A DNA stretch of 32,532 nt from an uncultured Anaerolinea sp. GTDB lineage: Bacteria; Chloroflexota; Anaerolineae; Anaerolineales; Anaerolineaceae. Location: the NCBI GenBank assembly GCA_964456715.1, contig CAYWCH010000001.1, positions 1 through 32,532 of the forward strand. Direction: 5' to 3'. Numbering within the stretch: position 1 is the first letter of the stretch; each line of letters starts with the position of its first letter. This document shows positions 23,707-32,057 of the stretch, in pieces. The notes below the pieces were generated by a model, which was not told where the DNA came from, did not search any database, and saw nothing but the letters and a program-made list of their open reading frames with translations. Both the position numbers and the translations under genes were made by a program.

Positions 23707-23769
23707 CAAAGTTAAAGCGGTATAGGCAACAGCCCCGGTCTTCCGACCCCATTTCCTGGGAGGTTTGAT

Positions 23770-24852
23770 ATGAAGAAAACTGGCCTGTTTCTCTGCATTT
23801 TGCTCATCACCGCCTTCCTCGCCGGTTGCACCAGTCCCACAAATCTTAGCCTCACCATCCCCACTCCGGGCAACGCCAGCGCAGTTACCTGGATGCCTTC
23901 CGGAGATGCCGTGGTTTCAAACGGCTTTCATCAAATCGGCAGCCCCGGCTCGGCTGGGTCGATCGGAGTGTGGGCAATTGCCGACAACCAGCTGGCATCC
24001 AGCCTGATCAGTAGCACCGACACGCACAAGTACCTTTGGGTAAGCCGGCTCAGTTTTGATAAGTCCGGCAACCTGCTGCTGATCACCACCCCGTACATCC
24101 CCGGTTCGAGTAACGGCTTTGTCAGCCTTTATGACTTCAAGCAAAACACTCTGGTACAGATCTGGGAAGGATTGAACCTGGATGACAACCCGGAAAAGGT
24201 GCAAGAATCCATCCAGGATGCCGCCTTTTCACCAGACGGTACAAAATTCGCCATCGCCGGTTCGTTCCAAATCCGAATCTTCGACAGCGAAAACCGACAG
24301 GAACTGACGCGCATTCCGGTCAATGCCCGCGGAGGTACGATCAAAAGCGGTGATGAACGGCTCGATGTTTCCATCAATTGGTCATCCGACGGCACAAAAC
24401 TGGGCTGGCTGGTCCTTTCTCAACTGCAATACTACAACATGAGCGATGGCACGGTTGCCGTTGTCACAGGAGATTTCCCCGCTCCTAATAAACGGTTCGC
24501 CTGGTCACCGGACGGCAAATCGATGGTTTTTGAGAATGAAGGGAATCTTTCCTTTGTTGATATTGCCAGCGGCGCCTTGACCCGGAGTACTAAAATCGTG
24601 GGTAGTTACGAAGATACACATGTCAAATCGATCCAATATTCGCCGGATGGAAAATATCTCGCGTTTTGCTCCTCTGAATACACAGCCATTTGGGATACGA
24701 TTTCAAGCACCCTCATTCTGGAACTTTCACTGAACCCCGAAAAACTTGAAATGAACCGTTACGAGAATATTGCCTGGTCACCTGATAGTCAGAATCTGGC
24801 CATCCTCTCCTATGGCGCGAAACAGATCCTGATCTACAACTTGACGCATTAG
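23770..24852 (+). CDS. Lipoprotein with PD40/WD40-like beta-propeller repeats
   Basis: Signal peptide plus lipobox (LITAFLAGC). Repeated blades carry FSPDGTKFA, WSSDGTKLG, WSPDGKSMV, YSPDGKYLA and WSPDSQNLA. Confidence 0.85.
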   Translation: MKKTGLFLCILLITAFLAGCTSPTNLSLTIPTPGNASAVTWMPSGDAVVSNGFHQIGSPGSAGSIGVWAIADNQLASSLISSTDTHKYLWVSRLSFDKSGNLLLITTPYIPGSSNGFVSLYDFKQNTLVQIWEGLNLDDNPEKVQESIQDAAFSPDGTKFAIAGSFQIRIFDSENRQELTRIPVNARGGTIKSGDERLDVSINWSSDGTKLGWLVLSQLQYYNMSDGTVAVVTGDFPAPNKRFAWSPDGKSMVFENEGNLSFVDIASGALTRSTKIVGSYEDTHVKSIQYSPDGKYLAFCSSEYTAIWDTISSTLILELSLNPEKLEMNRYENIAWSPDSQNLAILSYGAKQILIYNLTH

Positions 24853-24874
24853 GCGATGTGGTCAGAAGGGAAAT

Positions 24875-25312
24875 TTGGCGAAAACACAAACATACGACCT
24901 GGAACGATTTGTGACAGCGCAAAACGAAATCTACGCTGCCGCCCTTTCCGAGCTCAAGCGGGGACGAAAGGAAAGCCATTGGATATGGTATATCTTTCCC
25001 CAGTTGACCGGATTGGGTTCGAGCGCGACCGCGAAGTATTATGCCATCGCCAATCTGGAGGAGGCGCAGGAATACCTGGCACATCCATTATTGGGCAAAC
25101 GTCTGCGTGAATGCTGCGAGGCATTGTGTGCTCTGCCCGGTAATGACATCAGCGATGTTCTCGGCTACCCCGACAACCTCAAACTATGTTCATGCATGAC
25201 CCTGTTCGAGAATGCCAGCGACGACCCGGATGTGTTCGTCTGCGTACTGCAAAAGTTTTTTGGAGGGCGACGCGACAACGTCACCTTGCGACTCTTGGAA
25301 GCAGACAGATAG
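24875..25312 (+). CDS. DUF1810 family protein
   Basis: YDLERFVTAQNEIYAAALSELKRGRKESHWIWYIFPQLTGLGSS...YAI..LEEAQEYLAHPLLGKRL is the characteristic DUF1810 signature. The start codon is TTG at 24875, with GAAGGG 4 nt upstream. There is no in-frame ATG upstream. Confidence 0.85.
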   Translation: MAKTQTYDLERFVTAQNEIYAAALSELKRGRKESHWIWYIFPQLTGLGSSATAKYYAIANLEEAQEYLAHPLLGKRLRECCEALCALPGNDISDVLGYPDNLKLCSCMTLFENASDDPDVFVCVLQKFFGGRRDNVTLRLLEADR

Positions 25313-25322
25313 CCTTATGAAC

Positions 25323-25348
25323 ACCGCCCTCCAAAATTGGAGGGCGGT
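25323..25348. terminator. Hairpin terminator between convergent DUF1810 and peptidase genes
   Basis: accgccctcca (25323-25333) pairs with tggagggcggt (25338-25348), giving an 11-bp stem and loop aaat. ctgttgttt follows on the + strand. Confidence 0.65.
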
Positions 25349-25355
25349 CTGTTGT

Positions 25356-27377
25356 TTACTTCTCGTCTTTGAGGTATTCCTCGAACCAACTGAGGATGGC
25401 GTTCAGGCGGGCGATGCGCCGGTCGGTGCGGCCGGTGCGAGAGAGCCCGTGGAACTCATCAGGGAAGCGCACCATCTCGGTGTCAACGCCCAGGCTCTTG
25501 AGGGCCACGAAGACCTGCTCGCCCTGTTCGATTGGGCAGCGCAGGTCAAACTCGTTATGGATGACCTTGGTGGGTGTCTTGGCATTGCCGATGTAGGCAA
25601 TGGGAGACATCTTCCAGAATTTTTGCAGGTCAAAGAACGGCTGTTTGGCCTTGAGCTCGCGCTGGAAGACCCAGTTCATGTCACTGGAGCCCCACATGCT
25701 GATGAAATTGCTGACGCAGCGCTGCGTGACCGCAGCGGCAAAACGCTGGGTATGCCCGATGATCCAGACGGTCATGTAGCCGCCGTAGGAACCGCCGGTA
25801 ACACCCATGCGTTTCTTATCGATATAGGGCTGCTTCTCCATGTAATCTGCCCAACTCATCAGGTCGTCGTAATCGGCGCCGCCCCAACTGCCCCAGATGG
25901 CCTTGGCGTGCGCTTCGCCGTATCCGCGTCCGCCGCGTGGGTTGCAGAAATAGACCACGTAACCTTTGGAAGCCAGGTAGAAGAACTCGTGCATGAAGTA
26001 GTTGCCGTACTGCGTCTTCGGTCCGCCGTGAATCTCCATGATCGAGGGGTACTTTTTCTTCGGGTCGAAAGCCGGCGGTTTGAGGATCCACCCTTGCAGG
26101 TCGTTGCCGGAAGGACCTTTGAACCAGACCTCTTCGATGGTGCCGAGGTCGATCTTGCCAAGTAATTCCGCGTTGGGATTGTATAGTTCATGTGTCTGCT
26201 TGGTTTTCATGTCTAGCAGGCAAATCATGCAGGGATCCATCCTGTTGCCGTAGAAGTAGGCCAGGTGTTCCTGCGATTTATCAAACGAGAAACTGCCGAC
26301 AACCCCGCCCTCGGGGATCACCGCTTCCAGGTTGCTGCCCTTGAGATCGACCTTGTTGAGGGTGGAACTGCCGTGGATGGCAACCGGGAAGTAGATGGCC
26401 TTGCCATCGATGGACCAGGTCGGCGGCATCCACTCGGGATCCTGAATATCGTTGATGGTCCACGAGTTGGCATGGATGTCATACTTCTTGACCAGGTTCA
26501 CAGGTTTGGCGCTGCCATCAGTGGGCACGATCCAGAGACCCATGTTATGCCAGTCTTCACCTTCACCCGCGCTGCCATAAAAGGCGATCCATTTTCCGTC
26601 GGGAGAGAAGGTGGGCATGTACTTTTCACCGGGTTCGGATTCGATCAAACGCATCTCACCGCCCTTGGCTGGGATTACATATATATCGTCGTGATCGACA
26701 TGGAAATCCGGGTCTTCGGTGCGGTTGGAGATGAATACCACCTGGCTGCCATCGGGAGACCAGGAAGCATCGCGCTCATCGAAGATCTCGTGACTAGTCA
26801 ACTGGCGCGCCTTGCCTGTGCGGGCATCGATGATCCAAAGGTGGGCGCGTTCGTGTCCCAGGTAACCGGCGCCGTCGAACTTATAGAAGACGCGTTTGTA
26901 ATCGCGTGCAACCACACCCAGCTTGCGTTTTGTCTCATCCGCTTCGCGCTCCAGGTCTTCCTTATCCATCAGCACCACCTGGCAAAGCAATTGCTTACCA
27001 TCGGGAGACCAACTGAAGGTATCGATGCTGCCTTTGATATCGGTGAGCGGGCGAGCTTCACCACCATCGCTGGGAATGAGGTAAACCTGCGGTGGTTTTT
27101 CGGGGTTGCCGCGATTGGACAGGAAGGCGATCTGGCTGCCATTGGGTGACCAGGCCGGCAGAGTGTCGGTTTGATCACCATAAGTATACTGGCGCGCTTT
27201 CGCTCCAGCAGCGGCGGGAAGGATCCAGAGATTGGAGAATTTCTTCTCGCTCTTGCGATCAACCCGCTTGCTGGTAAACAGGATATTTCGGCCGTCAGGA
27301 GATAGCCGAACGAACTGAATCGGCTTGATCTCATAAAGATCTTCTGCGGTCACAAGTCTTTTCTTTGTTTCTGCCAT
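25356..27377 (-). CDS. S9-family serine peptidase (prolyl oligopeptidase/acylaminoacyl-peptidase type) with an N-terminal PD40 beta-propeller
   Basis: Propeller repeats: LSPDGRN, WSPNGSQ, WSPDGKQ, WSPDGSQ, FSPDGKW. The nucleophile elbow is GVTGGSYGGYM, the Asp lies in HNEFDLRCP and the His in FPDEFHGL. I prefer ATG 27377 (MAETKKRL, GGAG 9 nt upstream). The ORF-track start at 27437 is possible. Confidence 0.9.
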   Translation of the reverse strand: MAETKKRLVTAEDLYEIKPIQFVRLSPDGRNILFTSKRVDRKSEKKFSNLWILPAAAGAKARQYTYGDQTDTLPAWSPNGSQIAFLSNRGNPEKPPQVYLIPSDGGEARPLTDIKGSIDTFSWSPDGKQLLCQVVLMDKEDLEREADETKRKLGVVARDYKRVFYKFDGAGYLGHERAHLWIIDARTGKARQLTSHEIFDERDASWSPDGSQVVFISNRTEDPDFHVDHDDIYVIPAKGGEMRLIESEPGEKYMPTFSPDGKWIAFYGSAGEGEDWHNMGLWIVPTDGSAKPVNLVKKYDIHANSWTINDIQDPEWMPPTWSIDGKAIYFPVAIHGSSTLNKVDLKGSNLEAVIPEGGVVGSFSFDKSQEHLAYFYGNRMDPCMICLLDMKTKQTHELYNPNAELLGKIDLGTIEEVWFKGPSGNDLQGWILKPPAFDPKKKYPSIMEIHGGPKTQYGNYFMHEFFYLASKGYVVYFCNPRGGRGYGEAHAKAIWGSWGGADYDDLMSWADYMEKQPYIDKKRMGVTGGSYGGYMTVWIIGHTQRFAAAVTQRCVSNFISMWGSSDMNWVFQRELKAKQPFFDLQKFWKMSPIAYIGNAKTPTKVIHNEFDLRCPIEQGEQVFVALKSLGVDTEMVRFPDEFHGLSRTGRTDRRIARLNAILSWFEEYLKDEK

Positions 27378-27592
27378 ATATAACTGCTCCACACTGATTG
27401 GTTTTGTGAATTCGTTGAACAGAATTCTGCTGTTCATTTTACATCAAACTCTCCAGACGTGCATCTTGACCACAATCACGTTTGAGTTGCTGGAAATATT
27501 TATATGCAATTTACAATTAACCTTATACAAACAATGATCTAAATTGGATAAAATCTGTATAATTATGTTTGTAACTTATTAAAAGGTGAAAT

Positions 27593-28207
27593 ATGAAGAA
27601 TACAAGACATCTAAATTTCAATCAAACCGCTCCCGATCTCGTTTTGGCGGATGTCACCGGCAAACCGGTCCAGCTTTCCAGCCTGTGGGCAAAGAAACCA
27701 CTGCTGTTGGCTTTTACCCGCCATTTCGGCTGCACCCAGTGCAAGGAAATGCTAAACGAGTTGGTTCAGGCGCAAGACCGCATCCGCGCTGCGGGGTTGG
27801 AAATCGCCGTGGTCACCCAGGGCACGGTCGAAAGCAGCGCCGAGTTCGCGAATGCATTTGCCCCCGGGCTTTACTGCCTGGCTGATCCTGAACGAAAGGC
27901 CTACGCTGCTTATCGATTGGAACGCGGCACCCTGACCCAAACCTTCCTCAACCTGCGCGTGCTGCGAGCTGTCAAAGCCAGCCGCCGCAAGGGTTATCCG
28001 GTGGACATGCCGCCTGCCGGTCAGGACGCCATGCAGATGTCTGGCTTGTTCGTCATCGGTAAAAGCGGGCGCATTGAACTGCCTTATTACTACGACAATA
28101 TTGCCGACCATCCTGCCCTGGAGCTGCTGCTCTCCGGCGTGCTCTCCACCCGATGGGATGAGGACTTTGATGGTCCGGTCGGTGTCAAGAAAAAACCACA
28201 CAAATAA
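27593..28207 (+). CDS. Peroxiredoxin-like (AhpC/TSA, Prx-like2-type) thioredoxin-fold protein with a CXXC motif
   Basis: PDLVLADVTGKPVQLSSLWAKKPLLLAFTRHFGCTQCKE is a thioredoxin-fold beta-strand followed by C-T-Q-C at the helix N-cap. No signal peptide. The next gene starts 5 nt after the stop. Confidence 0.85.
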   Translation: MKNTRHLNFNQTAPDLVLADVTGKPVQLSSLWAKKPLLLAFTRHFGCTQCKEMLNELVQAQDRIRAAGLEIAVVTQGTVESSAEFANAFAPGLYCLADPERKAYAAYRLERGTLTQTFLNLRVLRAVKASRRKGYPVDMPPAGQDAMQMSGLFVIGKSGRIELPYYYDNIADHPALELLLSGVLSTRWDEDFDGPVGVKKKPHK

Positions 28208-28212
28208 AGGGA

Positions 28213-29385
28213 GTGGAACCCATGAAAAGAAAAATATTACTCATACTTACCCTCGTACTTCTCTCGGGCATTCTCGCTGCTTGCAGCCCCAAAGAAACCA
28301 ATGCAGAGGCTCAACCCGCAGCATCGCCGTACATATTGATCGCTGAAGGTCATCTGTCACCTGTCCGTGCCATTGACCTTTCGTTCCAGGTGGGCGGAAC
28401 CGTGTCTGAAGTCCTCGTGAAGGATGGCCAACAGGTTGCCGAAGGTACCGTACTGGCCAGATTGAGCAATAACGCCGATGCCCTTCTCGCGCTGGCTCAA
28501 GCGCAGCAGGAAGCACTTGCCGCCAGCCAGGCACTGGATGAGATTCAATACTCCACGTTGAGCGGCAGCGAAGCTGCCCTGGCACTGGCTCAAGCCCAAG
28601 CCGATTACAACGATGCCCTTAGTAAATACTGGAACAGCTCCGAAACCCGCGGCTCCCCTGACCAGATCGCTGCCACCCAGGCCAAACTTACCATCCTCAA
28701 CAACAAGATCTCCGACCTCGAGGATCGCCTAAAAAAGATGGTCGAAACCCCAGACAACGACACCAAAAAAGCCCAGGTGATCCAGGATCTGGCCCAGGCT
28801 CGCATTGACCGTGACAACCTGCAAAAACTTCTCAATTACTACCAGTCACCCCCGAATGCGCTGGATGTACAGACCGCCAAGGCAGAACTGGATGTTGCCA
28901 AAGCCAAACTCGACGATGCCCAGCGTGTCTTTGACCGTGTCGCCAACGGCATCGACCACAATCAACTGAAGGCTGCCCAGGCTCGCCTCACCACCGCAAA
29001 TGCAGCAGTTGCCAGTGCTGAGGCCGCCCTTGCCGCCACTGAAATTCGTGCCAGCATGCCTGGAACGGTGGTGGATCCCTCCATTATTGTCGGTCAGCAG
29101 GTAACTGCCGGTCAAATCGTCATGTCGCTGGCCGATTATTCCTCCTGGGTGGTCGAAACCACCAACCTCACCGAAGCGGATGTTGTCAGTATTGCTGTAG
29201 GCCAGGAAGTGGAAGTCGTGTTGGACGCGCTCCCTGATGTGACCCTGACCGGCACAGTGACCCATATCAGCAGCCGTTTTGAAGAACAGCGCGGTGATAT
29301 CACCTACACAGTGACCGTTACCCTGACCCAGATCGATCCGAAAATGCTCTGGGGTATGACCGCCGCGGTCAAGTTCTTACCTTAA
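28213..29385 (+). CDS. HlyD/MacA-type periplasmic adaptor (membrane-fusion) lipoprotein
   Basis: Lipobox LSGILAAC. Biotinyl-lipoyl-like segment GGTVSEVLVKDGQQVAEGTVLARL. A long Ala/Gln-rich coiled-coil hairpin spans about aa 90-270. A second lipoyl half (PGTVVDPSIIVGQQVTAGQIVMSLAD) and a beta-barrel follow. Confidence 0.85.
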   Translation: MEPMKRKILLILTLVLLSGILAACSPKETNAEAQPAASPYILIAEGHLSPVRAIDLSFQVGGTVSEVLVKDGQQVAEGTVLARLSNNADALLALAQAQQEALAASQALDEIQYSTLSGSEAALALAQAQADYNDALSKYWNSSETRGSPDQIAATQAKLTILNNKISDLEDRLKKMVETPDNDTKKAQVIQDLAQARIDRDNLQKLLNYYQSPPNALDVQTAKAELDVAKAKLDDAQRVFDRVANGIDHNQLKAAQARLTTANAAVASAEAALAATEIRASMPGTVVDPSIIVGQQVTAGQIVMSLADYSSWVVETTNLTEADVVSIAVGQEVEVVLDALPDVTLTGTVTHISSRFEEQRGDITYTVTVTLTQIDPKMLWGMTAAVKFLP

Positions 29386-29406
29386 GCGGGTGGACAAGAA
29401 GGAAGT

Positions 29407-30579
29407 ATGAAACAGACTTTATCAATTTCAACCTATCTGGCCATCCGTGAGATCTGGCGCAACCGCAGCCGTTTCCTGCTGGTGAGCCTGGTGATCGCCC
29501 TGATCACCCTGCTGGTGCTGTTCATCGCAGCACTCGGCGAAGGGTTGGGCAACGGCAACCGGGAATACATTTCCAAGCTGGACGCGCAGTTGTTGGTTTA
29601 CCAGTCGCGCTCGGACCTGCTCATCTCGGCCAGCCGGCTTGACCGCAGCCAACTCGCAGCGGTTCGCCGCGTGGATGGTGTGGCAGCGGTCGGTCCATTG
29701 GGCACAGCCAGCGCCAACCTTATCCTCTCTGACTCCTCCGAACCCCTCAAGGTAGCCCTGTTGGGTGTGGAACCCGGCCAGCCCGGTGAACCAAAGGTGG
29801 TGCAGGGCAGGCAACTCGGCACCGATCTGGCCAAGGAAGTCATTATTGACCGCAACACCGCCATCCGCACCGGCCTCCAGGTGGGCGACACGCTCACCAT
29901 CAGCGTGACCCAGGGCACCAAGGATGAGTCATTCAACCTGCGCGTGGTCGGCATCAGCGACGGCGAACAATACTCGCTGCAGCCAAGCGTTTTTGTGCCC
30001 TACTTCACCTGGGACCGCATTCGCCCCAAGTCTGAGGCGGAGGTCAACAGCACGAACCCTGTGGCCAACGTCATCATCGTCAGACTCGATGATCTGAAAG
30101 CCGTGGACGAAGTCAGCGCGCGTATCACCCAGCAGGTAAACAACGTCGAAACTGCCACGCTGGACGAAGCCATCAAAGCCCTGCCCGGGTATTCCGCCCA
30201 GCAAAGCACGCTGAACACACAGGGAGCCTTCACCCTTTTCATCGGCGTGCTGGTGATCGGAGGCTTCTTCCAGATCCAGATCCTTCAAAAAGTAGCCCAG
30301 ATCGGCGTGCTCAAAGCCATCGGCGCGAGCAACCCTCTGGTGGGCGCTGCTTCGATCATCCAAATCGTGGTCGTGACTGTGATCGGTGTGGCCATTGGCA
30401 GCGCGCTGGCTTTCCTGTTCTCGCTGACCTTCCCGCCGACCGTGCCTATTGTTTTCAACGGCACCACCTCGGCCATCGCCATTGCAGCCCTCCTGCTCAT
30501 TGGCCCTGCCGGTGGATTGGTTTCCATCCGTTACGCCGTGCGCATTGAACCGCTCAAGGCACTGGGGTTGAGCTCATGA
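29407..30579 (+). CDS. ABC transporter permease, FtsX/MacB type
   Basis: TM1 is FLLVSLVIALITLLVLFIAAL. A ~220-aa extracytoplasmic domain follows, then the FtsX core (VAQIGVLKAIGASN) with 3 C-terminal TM helices. Confidence 0.88.
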   Translation: MKQTLSISTYLAIREIWRNRSRFLLVSLVIALITLLVLFIAALGEGLGNGNREYISKLDAQLLVYQSRSDLLISASRLDRSQLAAVRRVDGVAAVGPLGTASANLILSDSSEPLKVALLGVEPGQPGEPKVVQGRQLGTDLAKEVIIDRNTAIRTGLQVGDTLTISVTQGTKDESFNLRVVGISDGEQYSLQPSVFVPYFTWDRIRPKSEAEVNSTNPVANVIIVRLDDLKAVDEVSARITQQVNNVETATLDEAIKALPGYSAQQSTLNTQGAFTLFIGVLVIGGFFQIQILQKVAQIGVLKAIGASNPLVGAASIIQIVVVTVIGVAIGSALAFLFSLTFPPTVPIVFNGTTSAIAIAALLLIGPAGGLVSIRYAVRIEPLKALGLSS

Positions 30580-31337
30580 CAACAAAATCCTCCCCCACCT
30601 ACGCTCTCGAGACCCTCTCGGTGGTGAAAACCTACCAGACCGATTCAGGCACCATCAACGCCGTGGACGATGTCTCACTGCAGGTCAAACCGGGCGAATT
30701 CGTCGCCCTGGTCGGTCCCAGCGGTTCTGGCAAGACCACCATGCTCTCCATCCTGGCCGCCCTGCTCAATCCGAGTTCCGGACGCGTCCTGCTCGACGGG
30801 ATCGATCTGGCCGGAATGGAAGAATCGGAAAGGGTGAACATGCGCCGCGAGAAGATCGGCTTCACATTCCAGGCCAACAACCTGGTACCCTATCTCAGCG
30901 CCGTTGAAAACGTGGAACTGATGCTGCGCCTCAACCACCGGCTGGATAAAGCCGGCAGCCTGCGCGCACGCGAATTGCTGGCCCGCCTTGGGTTGGCTGA
31001 ACGTCTCAACAACCTGCCCGGTCAAATGTCGGGTGGGCAGCAGCAGCGTGTGGCCATTGCCCGCGCCCTCATCCATAATCCCAGCCTGGTGTTGGCCGAT
31101 GAACCCACCGCCAGCCTGGACACCGAGCGCGCCTATCAGGTGGTCGAGACCTTTGCCGGGCTCATTCATGAACAAAACCGCGCCGGCATCATGGTGACAC
31201 ACGATCTGCGTATGGTCGAGTTCGTCGACCGTGTGCTGCAAATGCGCGACGGCAAGCTGGTAAAGATCTATGCCACCCGCAAAGAGATCACCGATCTGGC
31301 ACGCGGCGGCAAACATATTGTAATAAGGATGTGTTAA
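30576..31337 (+). CDS. ABC transporter ATP-binding protein (MacB/LolD-type)
   Basis: Walker [10 protein letters not shown], signature [15 protein letters not shown], Walker [10 protein letters not shown]-loop MVTHD. The start overlaps the permease stop (ATGA). Confidence 0.93.
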   Translation: MTTKSSPTYALETLSVVKTYQTDSGTINAVDDVSLQVKPGEFVALVGPSGSGKTTMLSILAALLNPSSGRVLLDGIDLAGMEESERVNMRREKIGFTFQANNLVPYLSAVENVELMLRLNHRLDKAGSLRARELLARLGLAERLNNLPGQMSGGQQQRVAIARALIHNPSLVLADEPTASLDTERAYQVVETFAGLIHEQNRAGIMVTHDLRMVEFVDRVLQMRDGKLVKIYATRKEITDLARGGKHIVIRMC

Positions 31338-31415
31338 AGAGAAAAATCGGTTATTACTGTCTAATCATCGATTTTTTTGCACGCATGAGTACACTCGAAA
31401 ACGCGCTCCCACCTT

Positions 31416-31436
31416 GGATGCAATTTACTTGCATCC
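31416..31436. promoter_or_regulatory. Perfect inverted repeat GGATGCAA-N5-TTGCATCC overlapping the -35 box (candidate operator)
   Basis: ggatgcaa (31416-31423) and ttgcatcc (31429-31436) are exact reverse complements. The right arm contains the predicted -35 hexamer. No T-tract follows, so it is unlikely to be a terminator. Confidence 0.4.
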
Positions 31437-31456
31437 CTCAGTCCCATGGGTATAAT
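31429..31456 (+). promoter_or_regulatory. Candidate sigma70 promoter TTGCAT-16 nt-TATAAT for the small membrane protein gene
   Basis: ttgcat at 31429-31434, a 16-nt spacer, tataat at 31451-31456. It lies 24 nt upstream of ATG 31481, which has a GGAGGG SD. Confidence 0.45.
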
Positions 31457-31480
31457 GAGATTAGAGAAATGGAGGGAACT

Positions 31481-31924
31481 ATGGAGAAGAAAAAGGTGTT
31501 TTCATTCGTCCTGGCTATCGCCGGCACAGTGTTGGTGTGGCTGCCCGTTCTTTTCATGATCGTCACCGGCGTGGCCGGTTCCATCAGTGCCCATGAACTC
31601 CTGGTGGACTATATGCTCCCGGCCGAGTTGGGATTTTTGGTGATCGCCGGAGCAGCCACGCTTCTATGGGCAGCGATCCGCGAACGCAGTTACATCAAAC
31701 CCATCGCGATCTCAGCCGGGTTGGCGCTGATAATGATCGTGGGCTGCATGAGTGTGGCATCCTTATCAGGGTTGGCCTCCGGACGGGTGACTGAAGCGCA
31801 GGCTCCATGGGCCATGAACATGACTATGGGCTTGTTGTTCGGCTACGATCTGATGGTGTTTCTGCTCGGCCTCTTTGGTCTGATGCTGGCGATTTCCATC
31901 CGATTCTTGGCCAAACACAAATAG
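31481..31924 (+). CDS. Small integral membrane protein (~4 TM helices), function unknown
   Basis: I start the gene at ATG 31481 (MEKKKVFSFVLAIAGTVLVWLPVLFMIV...) after GGAGGG; ATG 31469 is an alternative. The ORF-track GTG start at 31331 would add 50 non-hydrophobic residues spanning the promoter. Four hydrophobic segments are visible. Confidence 0.7.
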   Translation: MEKKKVFSFVLAIAGTVLVWLPVLFMIVTGVAGSISAHELLVDYMLPAELGFLVIAGAATLLWAAIRERSYIKPIAISAGLALIMIVGCMSVASLSGLASGRVTEAQAPWAMNMTMGLLFGYDLMVFLLGLFGLMLAISIRFLAKHK

Positions 31925-31941
31925 CCAATGAAAATTCCCTG

Positions 31942-31972
31942 GCCCGGTCGATGACCGGGCTTTCATTTTCTT
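31942..31972 (+). terminator. Rho-independent terminator
   Basis: gcccggtc (31942-31949) pairs with gaccgggc (31953-31960) around loop gat. tttcattttctt follows. It lies 18 nt after stop 31924. Confidence 0.7.
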
Positions 31973-32057
31973 AAGCCTGAAATTTGATAGGTTTTGATAG
32001 ACCTCCAAGTCTAAACTTACGCTTGCAAACGAAAGTTTGCCAGAAACGGAGTTAGAG

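Noticed and set aside
27438-27592. A divergent promoter between the S9 peptidase and the Prx-like operon (TATAAT at 27558-27563).
   Set aside because: The -10 hexamer is exact, but I could not find an acceptable -35 at 16-18 nt, and the TG is directly adjacent rather than in extended -10 register. I left it uncalled as a feature.
31342-31378. A weak AT-rich hairpin plus T7 run (aaaaatcg...cgattttttt) just after the ABC ATPase gene, considered as a terminator.
   Set aside because: The stem is only 8 bp, mostly A-T pairs with two G-C, with a ~19-nt loop. It may contribute to termination, but it is too weak to call from sequence alone.
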